From positions 102,499 through 166,498 of the IMG/VR virus record IMGVR_UViG_3300036780_000209: a stretch of 64,000 bases of DNA. The stretch is one strand, 5' to 3'. This document shows, one piece after another, positions 40,063-47,097 of the stretch. The translations under genes were made by a program, and so were the position numbers. This DNA is from a virus. How positions within the stretch are numbered: the stretch's first letter is position 1; each line of letters opens with the position of its first letter. The notes under the pieces are model-generated. The model was not told the origin of the DNA, ran no database searches, and saw only the letters and a program-made list of their open reading frames with translations.

Positions 40063-40300
40063 GGCCGGAGTCTTGGCGAATTCCCGCGCTCCTCGCGGAG
40101 GCGCTCTCCGGGTCAGTCCCGGAGGACTGCAGGGGCTACCCTGGGGAAATGGTCCAGCCTGTCCTGATGCCAGGGCACGTGCAGGGCGTCCCCCGCTGTA
40201 GAGGATCCAGGGGCACGGGTACTGTCCCCTGAAACCTCGTTAGGCAGTTTCACCTGCCACGGGAGGGTCAGCGGTGACTAGTACGCTGCTGCCTCCGGCC
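40063..40300 (-). ncRNA. Candidate 238-nt structured RNA
   Basis: Closed by an 8-bp GGCCGGAG/CTCCGGCC stem, with several internal hairpins. Confidence 0.5.
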
Positions 40301-40303
40301 GAG

Positions 40304-40343
40304 CGGTCCCTACGAGACTTGAACTCGCGACCTCTGCCTTGAC
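40304..40343 (-). pseudogene. 3' half of a second tRNA-Asp(GTC)
   Basis: GTCAAGGCAGAGGTCGCGAGTTCAAGTCTCGTAGGGACCG with no matching 5' half. Confidence 0.8.
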
Positions 40344-40349
40344 CAGAGG

Positions 40350-40760
40350 TCAGGCGGCTGCGCCTGGAGAGACCTCGTACTGCTGAGCCCAGCGAACATG
40401 CTGAGCCTGATTGTTGTTGGTCGGCTCAACCCTAAGCCGGCCCTCTCGCTCACCTACATCCCCCACCGGCACCAAGTACACCTTGTCCAGGGCCGGACAG
40501 TAAACCCCAAACAGGTCAGCATCTCCTCGGTACCCCATGGAACTCTGATCGCGCCGTAGGCTATGCGGCCGGAACAGGACGCAGCCCTGCTGGTAGACCG
40601 CCGTTTTGCATTGCACCCGGACCAGGGTGCCGTCGCCGCCGTCATAGGCCAGGTCGTATCTGTGGCCACCGCCGAACGGGATCAGGACTCGCTTGCCGAG
40701 CCGCAACAAGGCCGCGAGCACGATCCCTTCAGTTTGACTACCTTTGTCCGTTGTGTTCAC
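40350..40760 (-). CDS. I-Ssp6803I-like PD-(D/E)XK homing endonuclease
   Basis: T..KG...E...L..G..VLIPFG...RYDL..D....L.RVQCKT...Y..DADLFGVY....KVYLVPV. Confidence 0.85.
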   Translation of the reverse strand: MNTTDKGSQTEGIVLAALLRLGKRVLIPFGGGHRYDLAYDGGDGTLVRVQCKTAVYQQGCVLFRPHSLRRDQSSMGYRGDADLFGVYCPALDKVYLVPVGDVGEREGRLRVEPTNNNQAQHVRWAQQYEVSPGAAA

Positions 40761-40784
40761 GAGACCTATGTTACATGCTGACAG

Positions 40785-40858
40785 CGGTCCTGACGGGATT
40801 TGAACCCGCGACCTCCACCTTGACAGGGTGGCGAGCACTCCAACTGCTCTACAAGACC
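40785..40858 (-). tRNA. tRNA-Asp(GTC)
   Basis: Cloverleaf, loop CT GTC AA. Confidence 0.93.
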
Positions 40859-40982
40859 ATGTGGTCCGACTAGGCAGGATTCTGGACTGCAGTTTCCTAA
40901 AACCTGCCGGGCACCCTCCGGTTAGGGCATCGGACCTGCCCAGGCCAAGCTAGCCGGTTTATCGCTTAGCGCTTGACCATCG

Positions 40983-41055
40983 CTCCCCTGTCAGGATTCG
41001 AACCTGAAACCCTCCGGTTAACAGCCGGACGCTCCGCCAGTTGAGCTACAAGGGA
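40983..41055 (-). tRNA. tRNA-Asn(GTT)
   Basis: Loop CT GTT AA. Confidence 0.92.
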
Positions 41056-41092
41056 TTAATCAGCCTCCCGGCTTATTAGCAGGGAGGCTTCG

Positions 41093-41166
41093 TAGCGGGA
41101 GTCGGATTCGAACCGACGTTCTGTGGGTTATGAGCCCACCGAGATACCGAGCTTCTCCATCCCGCG
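41093..41166 (-). tRNA. Initiator tRNA-fMet(CAT)
   Basis: Starts CGCGGG and has three consecutive G-C pairs in the anticodon stem. Confidence 0.85.
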
Positions 41167-41207
41167 TCGCCAACGCTAGCATCCCTGACGGGGAAATGCA
41201 AGCAAAG

Positions 41208-41279
41208 TAGTCCCAGAGGGAGTTGAGCCCTCTTTTCCGGGGTGAAAACCCGGCGTCCTAACCCGTAGACGATGGGACC
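41208..41279 (-). tRNA. tRNA-Glu(TTC)
   Basis: Loop TT TTC AC, variant T-loop CTCAACT. Confidence 0.85.
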
Positions 41280-41338
41280 AGGGTGCCGGCTCAGCAGCGC
41301 GATCGTCTGCCCGGCTTCCCGGCAGCCTGAGCCGGTCG

Positions 41339-41412
41339 CAGTGCGTACGGGGCTCGAACCCGTCATCTCCGCCTTGAGAGGGCGGCGTCTTGTCCGTCTC
41401 GACCAACGCACC
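41339..41412 (-). tRNA. tRNA-Glu(CTC)
   Basis: Loop CT CTC AA. Confidence 0.92.
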
Positions 41413-41518
41413 ATGAGGTACGGCGAGCCGGCTTGCGGCCTGCCCGCTTTAGGATCCGGGCAGCTAAACCCGGCGGCTATTCAGAGCCATTCCTCTTAGG
41501 CCGCGTACCCGGCCCGTG

Positions 41519-41591
41519 CGCACCATGAAGGATTCGAACCTTCGCCCGTCTGCTTAGAAGGCAGCCGCGCTATCCGCTGCGCCAATGGTGC
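41519..41591 (-). tRNA. tRNA-Arg(TCT)
   Basis: Loop CT TCT AA. Confidence 0.9.
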
Positions 41592-41595
41592 TCAG

Positions 41596-41666
41596 TGCCC
41601 CGCCGAGGTATCGAACCCCGTTCCGCCGGGTAAAAGCCGGTTACATCACCTTAATGCTTGCAGGGC
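41596..41666 (-). tRNA. tRNA-Lys(TTT)
   Basis: Loop CT TTT AC. Confidence 0.88.
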
Positions 41667-41671
41667 ATGCG

Positions 41672-41745
41672 TAGACCCCCTGAGGATCGAACTCAGCTCA
41701 TACCGGGTATAAGCCGGCTCCCCGCAACCAGCGTGGCTAGGGTCC
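41672..41745 (-). tRNA. tRNA-Ile(TAT)
   Basis: Stem GCCGG/CCGGT, loop CT TAT AC. Confidence 0.82.
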
Positions 41746-41750
41746 ATGAA

Positions 41751-41928
41751 GAATGTCCTGGTGTGCTGCTACGCCAAAGGCCCTGGAGGCAACCACGAGC
41801 CGCACGCCTTCCGGGCATGCGGGACGGCCGTCCCAGCCCGCGTACTTCGGCCTTCCAGGTTAACCAGGTGGCCACCTGGCCCACTCCTTAGAGGATGGCT
41901 GCTTCTAAGCCAACCTTCCAGGACATTC
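41751..41928 (-). ncRNA. Candidate RNA mimicking the 23S rRNA uL11-binding domain (H43-H44)
   Basis: 11-bp perfect closing stem. Contains GTTGGCTTAGAAGCAGCCATC and a GCGTAGCAGC hairpin. Confidence 0.75.
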
Positions 41929-41930
41929 AG

Positions 41931-42002
41931 TAGCGAGAGGGAATTGCGACATCCCGACCTCCGCCTTATGAAAGCGGCGTTCTTCCTCTGAACTATCTCG
42001 CC
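41931..42002 (-). tRNA. tRNA-Met(CAT), elongator or Ile2 type
   Basis: Loop TT CAT AA, atypical T-loop. Confidence 0.75.
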
Positions 42003-42178
42003 ATGTGGGCCGGCCGGCTGCGGAACATCCGGACGGGCGTGGGATGCCTGTCCAGCCAGCACATGAAGCACTGAGGCCATGCGCGGCCGGAGCGGAACAT
42101 CACTTCCTTGCTGATCTTGTCTTCCCGGGCGCGGTCGGTGCAGTCCCTGCACGCCTGCCAGGTACCCATTGTGTTCAC
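41993..42178 (-). CDS. Possible small Zn-binding protein
   Basis: CRDC...CFMC in 61 aa filling a tRNA spacer. No clear RBS. Confidence 0.35.
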   Translation of the reverse strand: MNTMGTWQACRDCTDRAREDKISKEVMFRSGRAWPQCFMCWLDRHPTPVRMFRSRPAHMAR

Positions 42179-42179
42179 G

Positions 42180-42253
42180 TAGACCGCCGAGGAGTTGAAC
42201 CTCGCCGCTAACTGCGTATCAGGCAGTCCCCTTCACCGGTTGGGTAGCGGTCC
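42180..42253 (-). tRNA. tRNA-Ile(GAT)
   Basis: Loop CT GAT AC. Confidence 0.88.
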
Positions 42254-42404
42254 TTGAGTCTCGCCGCTTCTTCATCCGAGCGGCGTGACCAGCCCTGCAG
42301 ATATCACATTTACAACCATGCTTACGATACATAGCAACACTGCCATGCTTAAACCCATTAATCCAGCTAGGATTATCTCCCGATTCCCTGGTGCTGGTGC
42401 CCAT
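42219..42404 (-). pseudogene. Probable remnant of an endonuclease-associated Zn-finger domain
   Basis: HGSVAMYRKHGCKCDICR in an AT-richer patch that overlaps tRNA-Ile. Confidence 0.4.
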
Positions 42405-42439
42405 GACTGATGCTCGCGCATCAGGGTACGTACTATGCC

Positions 42440-42607
42440 ATGTTCGCAATCATCGCAGTGGTCCTGTTCGCCATCGCCACGCTCATCGCGTTCACGTCAC
42501 TCAGCGGGATCTCGGTCCTCGGGCTGATCGCGGCGGGGCTGCTGTGCATTGCCCTGCACCTGGCCATCGGCGGGACCGTCACGATCCCGTGGCATCGCCA
42601 GCCGTAA
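42440..42607 (+). CDS. Small two-helix membrane protein
   Basis: MFAIIAVVLFAIA...GLLCIALHLA with high GC3, antisense to the tRNA array. Confidence 0.65.
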   Translation: MFAIIAVVLFAIATLIAFTSLSGISVLGLIAAGLLCIALHLAIGGTVTIPWHRQP

Positions 42608-42608
42608 G

Positions 42609-42694
42609 CGGATCGCGGAGGTCCCGACCCCCAGCCCCGTGAAGGACCCTTCCGCTTTCAAGGCGGAGGCCGCCGCCTGACGGCTTCACGATCC
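42609..42694 (-). tRNA. tRNA-Ser(TGA)
   Basis: Long variable arm, loop CT TGA AA. Confidence 0.85.
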
Positions 42695-42780
42695 AGGTGG
42701 CGCATGCCAGGACTCCCGCCGGTCCTGGCTCGGCGGTGCCTGGCTCCAGGACTTGTGGTTCCCGGTGCGCCGCCGGGAAG

Positions 42781-42867
42781 CGGATGACGGAGTACTCGAA
42801 ACCCACCCCCTTGCAGGAGCCAGCCGCTTTCGAGGCGGAGCCGGTGCGCCTGCCCGGTTCGTCATCC
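42781..42867 (-). tRNA. tRNA-Ser(CGA)
   Basis: Long variable arm, loop CT CGA AA. Confidence 0.87.
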
Positions 42868-42947
42868 AGGGTGATCCCGTTAGGCAGGTCTGCGCCCTGC
42901 AGCCCGTGCGCACGGACAGCCCGGGTACAGGATCAAGCCGGGCTTTG

Positions 42948-43033
42948 CGGATGACGGAGAGCCCGAGTCCCAGCCCCTTCACGGGACCCGCTCCGTTTCC
43001 AGCGGAGGCCGGCGCCTTGCCGGTTCATCATCC
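42948..43033 (-). tRNA. tRNA-Ser(GGA)
   Basis: Long variable arm, loop CT GGA AA. Confidence 0.87.
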
Positions 43034-43248
43034 ATGTTCCCGGAGTATGGCATTACCCGATTCTGCCAGGGACTTGCGCTGGTCTAGTGACCTCGCCATG
43101 CGATGCGGTCGGGACACGTGTCGCACACGCAAGGTGCCAGCCAGGCCGCCAGGAGCGGCCTGCACGGCCTGGGCTCTCCTGAGTCCGCCGTAGCCATGGC
43201 AGCGGGGAGAGCGACGGAATCGAACCGTCCCGGGCATGCCCGGCCTAG

Positions 43249-43335
43249 CGGAGAGCGGACTACTCGAAAGCCACCCCCTTGCGGGAGCGATCCGGCTAGC
43301 AACCGGTCCCAGCGCGCCTGTCTGGTTCACCCTCC
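43249..43335 (-). tRNA. tRNA-Ser(GCT)
   Basis: Long variable arm, loop TT GCT AG. Confidence 0.87.
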
Positions 43336-43450
43336 ATGCTGACCCGTTCGCCCTCCGCGACGGCTGGGCAGCCGTCCGAGGTACTGGGCAGGGCTTGGTC
43401 GCGACACCGTTCGCCCTGGAGGCGGCCACGGCTCCTCAGCCGCCTCTTCG

Positions 43451-43524
43451 TACTCTCGGAGGGATTCGAACCCTCAACATCCACGCCCTGAACGTGGCGA
43501 CTCTACCAATTGGCCTACGAGAGC
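43451..43524 (-). tRNA. tRNA-Leu(CAG), short variable loop
   Basis: Loop TT CAG GG, 5-nt variable region. Confidence 0.88.
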
Positions 43525-43638
43525 ATGGTCCCGGCACTTCTGCCCGTCCAGGCGCTACCTGGACTTCGCCGCTGCCGGGCGCTGGCGGGCTTTGGCGTGA
43601 TCACGGGTCCCTGGCCAGGGCGCACCGCGCTCACCCAG

Positions 43639-43711
43639 AGCGGCTGACGGGAATCGAACCCGCGACCTCCACCTTGGCAAGGTGGCGCTCTGCCTGCTGA
43701 GCTACAACCAC
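43639..43711 (-). tRNA. tRNA-Gly(GCC)
   Basis: Loop TT GCC AA. Confidence 0.92.
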
Positions 43712-43770
43712 ATGCAGGGCTTGCGCCCCGTTAAAGCCGGCCCTGCGTCCGGCACTGAGCAAATACTGCG

Positions 43771-43843
43771 AGGGGACGACGGGGGTCGAACCCGCGACAT
43801 CGTGCTTGGGAAGCACGCACTCTGCCATCTGAGTTACGTCCGC
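43771..43843 (-). tRNA. tRNA-Gly(CCC)
   Basis: Loop TT CCC AA. Confidence 0.88.
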
Positions 43844-43853
43844 ATGTTCAGGA

Positions 43854-43976
43854 TCAGCGGGTGCAGTTAACGCAGCACCCGCTGCCGTGCTGGCTGCAAT
43901 GCAGGAGATCCATTCCGATGCAGTATCCGCAACGACATCCGCAGGTTCCGGCCTGACCGCAGTTACTGGCTTCCAT
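43854..43976 (-). CDS. 40-aa Cys-rich, metallothionein-like peptide
   Basis: AAAGGAG RBS 6 nt before ATG. Translation MEASNCGQAGTCGCRCGYCIGMDLLHCSQHGSGCCVNCTR*. Confidence 0.7.
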   Translation of the reverse strand: MEASNCGQAGTCGCRCGYCIGMDLLHCSQHGSGCCVNCTR

Positions 43977-43999
43977 GCTGATCTCCTTTACTCATAGCG

Positions 44000-44072
44000 A
44001 GCCTGCTGCGGGATTTGAACCCGCGCCCTCTTCCTTACCAAGGAAGCGCTCTGCCGCTGGAGCTAAGCAGGC
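44000..44072 (-). tRNA. tRNA-Thr(GGT)
   Basis: Loop TT GGT AA. Confidence 0.92.
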
Positions 44073-44191
44073 ATGATGCTGGGCCTTGGCAGGTCCCTTT
44101 CTTCCCCTCAGGGGCCGCCTGCGGAAATAGCGCTCCTCGCCCGGCTTCAGAGCGCTTCCGGTGACGGCAGGGAATCCTGCCAGAATTTATG

Positions 44192-44262
44192 CTGACCCGC
44201 CTGGACTCGAACCAGGACTACCGGGGCCAAAACCCGGCGGACTGCCATTGCCCTACGAGTCA
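44192..44262 (-). tRNA. tRNA-Gln(TTG)
   Basis: Loop TT TTG GC. Confidence 0.9.
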
Positions 44263-44443
44263 ATGTATTACCATCGGGTGCCGGAATCGAACCGGCTTCT
44301 CTGCTTTCCGGCAGTATCTCCACCAGGAATACGAACCCTCCGGTCATAGGGAAGCGTGCTTACCGGCTCACTTACACAACGGGACCTTGATCCCGGACAG
44401 GTTGCCGACGGTGCCCCGTTTAAGCCTGCCACCTCTTCCCACG

Positions 44444-44516
44444 AGCCCGCTACAGGGATCGAACCTGCGGCCTGCGCTTTACAAGAGCGCCGCTCTTCCA
44501 ACTGAGCTAAGCGGGC
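44444..44516 (-). tRNA. tRNA-Thr(TGT)
   Basis: Loop CT TGT AA. Confidence 0.92.
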
Positions 44517-44653
44517 ATGGTTGCCGGGGGCGGCAGCCATTAACGGAAAACGTGAGCCAGCGCCATCTCCGGCAAGCTCCGGGCGGCGGGAAGCCTCGAA
44601 CCTTCCCCGGGAGTCCGACCACGGGTGCCGTGGCTGCGCGAACCGCCCTTCCG

Positions 44654-44727
44654 TATCCTCGGCGGGACTCGAACCCGCACTGCCGACGCCCTCAACGTCG
44701 TGCCTCCTGCCATTGGGCTACGAGGAC
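44654..44727 (-). tRNA. tRNA-Leu(GAG), short variable loop
   Basis: Loop TT GAG GG. Confidence 0.88.
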
Positions 44728-44791
44728 ATGATGCGCGAGGTCGCAGGTCTGCGACCCTAAGACGTTCAAGGTCGCACGGATGCCACCTTAG

Positions 44792-44864
44792 AGCCCGAGC
44801 GCGGTCTCGAACCGCGTGCCTGCGCATTACGAGTGCGCCGCTCTCCCAGGTGAGCTACACGGGC
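44792..44864 (-). tRNA. tRNA-Thr(CGT)
   Basis: Loop CT CGT AA. Confidence 0.92.
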
Positions 44865-44989
44865 ATGATCCTGCTCAAGCGTGCGGACGGGCTTTCGCCT
44901 CCGCTGATATATCCCTACCATCACGGGCCGCTAGCAGCCCCGGGAACGGCTCCGGGCCAGGAAGCCGGTACCTGAGCAGGACGACTGAT

Positions 44990-45237
44990 CCTGATGCCTC
45001 ATCCGAACGCCGCGCCGTTCCGGAGTTCCGCCGGTCCCTGGCCAGGTGAAGCGGCTGTTCCTGCGGTCATGGGGCTTATCGGCCTGCCTCTTAGAGTGAG
45101 ATATCCGGAGGTCCTGGCCTCGGCCAGGTTTAAATGCCTGACTGTACCTCAGCTCAACCGGGTAATCCCGCAAGGCCTCAGCTTATCGTCCCTCAGGACT
45201 CCCGCTTTCCGGCACGGCGAACGGAAGAAGCATCAGG
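44990..45237 (-). ncRNA. Candidate 248-nt structured RNA
   Basis: Closed by CCTGATGC/GCATCAGG with further long-range stems. Confidence 0.5.
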
Positions 45238-45243
45238 CATGAG

Positions 45244-45319
45244 CTGCCCACCCTGGGATCGAACCAGGAAAGTCTCCCGGGTCAGAGCCGGGCGGGTCTG
45301 CCAATTCCCCCAGTGGGCA
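45244..45319 (-). tRNA. tRNA-Gln(CTG)
   Basis: Loop CT CTG AC. Confidence 0.9.
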
Positions 45320-45333
45320 TTGTTATTACTGCG

Positions 45334-45408
45334 TGCGCGAAGAGGGAGTCGAACCCTCACACGCCTCATTTTGAGTGAGGCAGCTCTGCCAGTTGGACTT
45401 ACTCGCGC
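45334..45408 (-). tRNA. tRNA-Leu(CAA), short variable loop
   Basis: Loop CT CAA AA. Confidence 0.88.
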
Positions 45409-45465
45409 AAGGCTGGCTCCCGCTGCCACGGAAGCCAGTTACTACGGAACCGCCAGGTAAACGCG

Positions 45466-45538
45466 TGCGCCGTGAGGGACTCGAACCCCCGGCCCGCTGA
45501 TTAAGAGTCAGCAACTCTACCCACTGAGTTAACGGCGC
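45466..45538 (-). tRNA. tRNA-Lys(CTT)
   Basis: Loop CT CTT AA. Confidence 0.93.
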
Positions 45539-45620
45539 AAGATCAGGAATCTCCCTGGCGATGAGGAGCCTACTAACATGGCCGCCAGGCACCTGTTTCG
45601 ACCCCGGAAACTCCTGATAG

Positions 45621-45691
45621 AGCGGGTAGGGGGAATCGGACCCCCGTCACGTGCTTGGAAGGCACGGTCTCTGCCACTGAGTTATACCCGC
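45621..45691 (-). tRNA. tRNA-Gly(TCC)
   Basis: Loop CT TCC AA. Confidence 0.9.
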
Positions 45692-45701
45692 ATTGACTAC
45701 T

Positions 45702-45772
45702 CGCGACACAACGGGACTCGAACCCGTACCTGGGGATTGTGTCCCCCGTGCTGCCGATTACACCATGCGTCT
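45702..45772 (-). pseudogene. tRNA-like element with a 5-nt anticodon loop
   Basis: Intact D and T arms, but stem GGGGA/TCCCC encloses only CACAA. Confidence 0.7.
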
Positions 45773-45825
45773 CAGCCGGGGAGCGACCCTGACCGCAGCT
45801 AAGGGAAGGATCCTTTCCCTTCGCG

Positions 45826-45896
45826 TGTCCCCTGACGGATTCGAACCGCCGTATCCTGGGCTTCAACCAGGCGCTCTTCCCCTGAGCTAAAGAGAC
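45826..45896 (-). tRNA. tRNA-Phe(GAA)
   Basis: Loop TT GAA GC. Confidence 0.9.
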
Positions 45897-46030
45897 GTGG
45901 ATTCGGGCCGGCCCCAGGTTCCACCCCTCTTTCTGAGAGACGGATCCCGGGCTTCGCGAAATGCAGCGGCGGCAGCCTGGCTAGGGCCGTCGCTTCTGAC
46001 CGCTCGGGGGAGCCATCCCACCAGCCCACG

Positions 46031-46102
46031 TCGGGAGGCGGGGACTCGGACCCCGTCTACCTGCTCCCAAAGCAGGCGCGCTCACCCTTACGCGACATCC
46101 CG
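46031..46102 (-). tRNA. tRNA-Pro(TGG)
   Basis: Loop TT TGG GA. Confidence 0.88.
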
Positions 46103-46182
46103 GTGAAAATGAAGACAGCGGCCTGGCAGCCAGGTATCCCCGGTCCAGCAGGCAGTGAGGACTCCCATCTCAGCGCCGTCCG

Positions 46183-46256
46183 TCGGGCTGGAGGGATTCG
46201 AACCCCCGGCCTCCTGACCCCCAGTCAGGCGCTCTGCCAAGCTGAGCCACAACCCG
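46183..46256 (-). tRNA. tRNA-Pro(GGG)
   Basis: Loop CT GGG GG. Confidence 0.92.
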
Positions 46257-46326
46257 ATTAAGAGGCCAGCACGGACTTTCACCGCCGCATACAGCGGGGC
46301 TTGTCTCATCCCCTTTGTGACCTCAG

Positions 46327-46401
46327 TCGGGCTGGAGGGATTCGAACCCCCGGCCTCCGCGTCCCGAACGCGGCGCGCTAACCAAGCTGCGCTACAACCC
46401 G
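46327..46401 (-). tRNA. tRNA-Pro(CGG)
   Basis: Loop TT CGG GA. Confidence 0.93.
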
Positions 46402-46484
46402 ATTGCGGGGCTTCGCTCGCCACTGGCGTATCCGTAGGGCTTTCACCCGGGGAGCAGGATTCGAACCTGCGTACCAGCCCCTCG

Positions 46485-46557
46485 TGGACCACGGGGGATT
46501 CGAACCCCCCACCTCCCGGGTGCAGACCGGGTGCTCTGCCAACTGAGCTAGCAGCCC
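46485..46557 (-). tRNA. tRNA-Ala(TGC)
   Basis: G3:U70, loop TC TGC AC. Confidence 0.88.
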
Positions 46558-46727
46558 ATGCGGCAACCGCGATCTTTGTCTTGATCCGCTGCCTTGTGTG
46601 CTTAGGACGGCGACTCCTCATACAAAGAGAGACACACGAACGACCGTCACAACGCTGGTGACGCTGCTCTGCTGGCTACCATGCCAGTCAGGACCAGGAG
46701 CATTTTCAGTTTCGGCCGAAACTCCCG

Positions 46728-46800
46728 TGGACCTACCCGGAATCGAACCGGGGACCTCTCCCGTGCGAGGGGAGCGCGCTACCTGCTGCGCCATAAGCCC
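46728..46800 (-). tRNA. tRNA-Ala(CGC)
   Basis: G3:U70, loop CT CGC AC. Confidence 0.92.
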
Positions 46801-46921
46801 GTGGAGCCCCGAGTGATTCCGGCCAGGGCGCTTGGAGTCGCGCCTGGTCATGCCGGTTACCATTGTCAGCCGACTGCTAGCAGGACGGCTTCCGGATGCC
46901 GTGCCACGGCTCGGGACATTA

Positions 46922-47097
46922 CGAGGGGCGCTCTGCCGCTGAGCTACCAGCCACCTAGGGCCGGAGCCCATCACCAGTGGCCGGGCAGGATTCGAACCCG
47001 CGACCTCCCCCCTGCTTGCGGAGGGGGCTCTGCGACTTGAGCTATCCCGGCATGGATGGGGCCGGGACCAGGCCTTGCACCTGGATCTCCCTCCTCG
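46922..47097 (-). ncRNA. Tandem circularly permuted tRNA-like RNA
   Basis: Two T-arm > looped acceptor stem > D-arm modules, closed by CGAGG/CCTCG. Confidence 0.7.

Noticed and set aside
40304-40858. Group I intron in tRNA-Asp, or an integrase attL/attR pair
   Set aside because: The upstream tRNA is complete, there is no room for an intron core, there is no integrase, and the two copies are diverged.
40960-40980. Resemblance of GGUCAAGCGCUAAGCG to the 23S 5' end
   Set aside because: Short, gapped match with no structural support.
41751-41928. An rRNA gene or host contamination
   Set aside because: Only ~60 nt match, split by an insertion, with no flanking 23S sequence.
43035-43238. Permuted tmRNA
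   Set aside because: No G3:U70 pair and no recognisable tag ORF.
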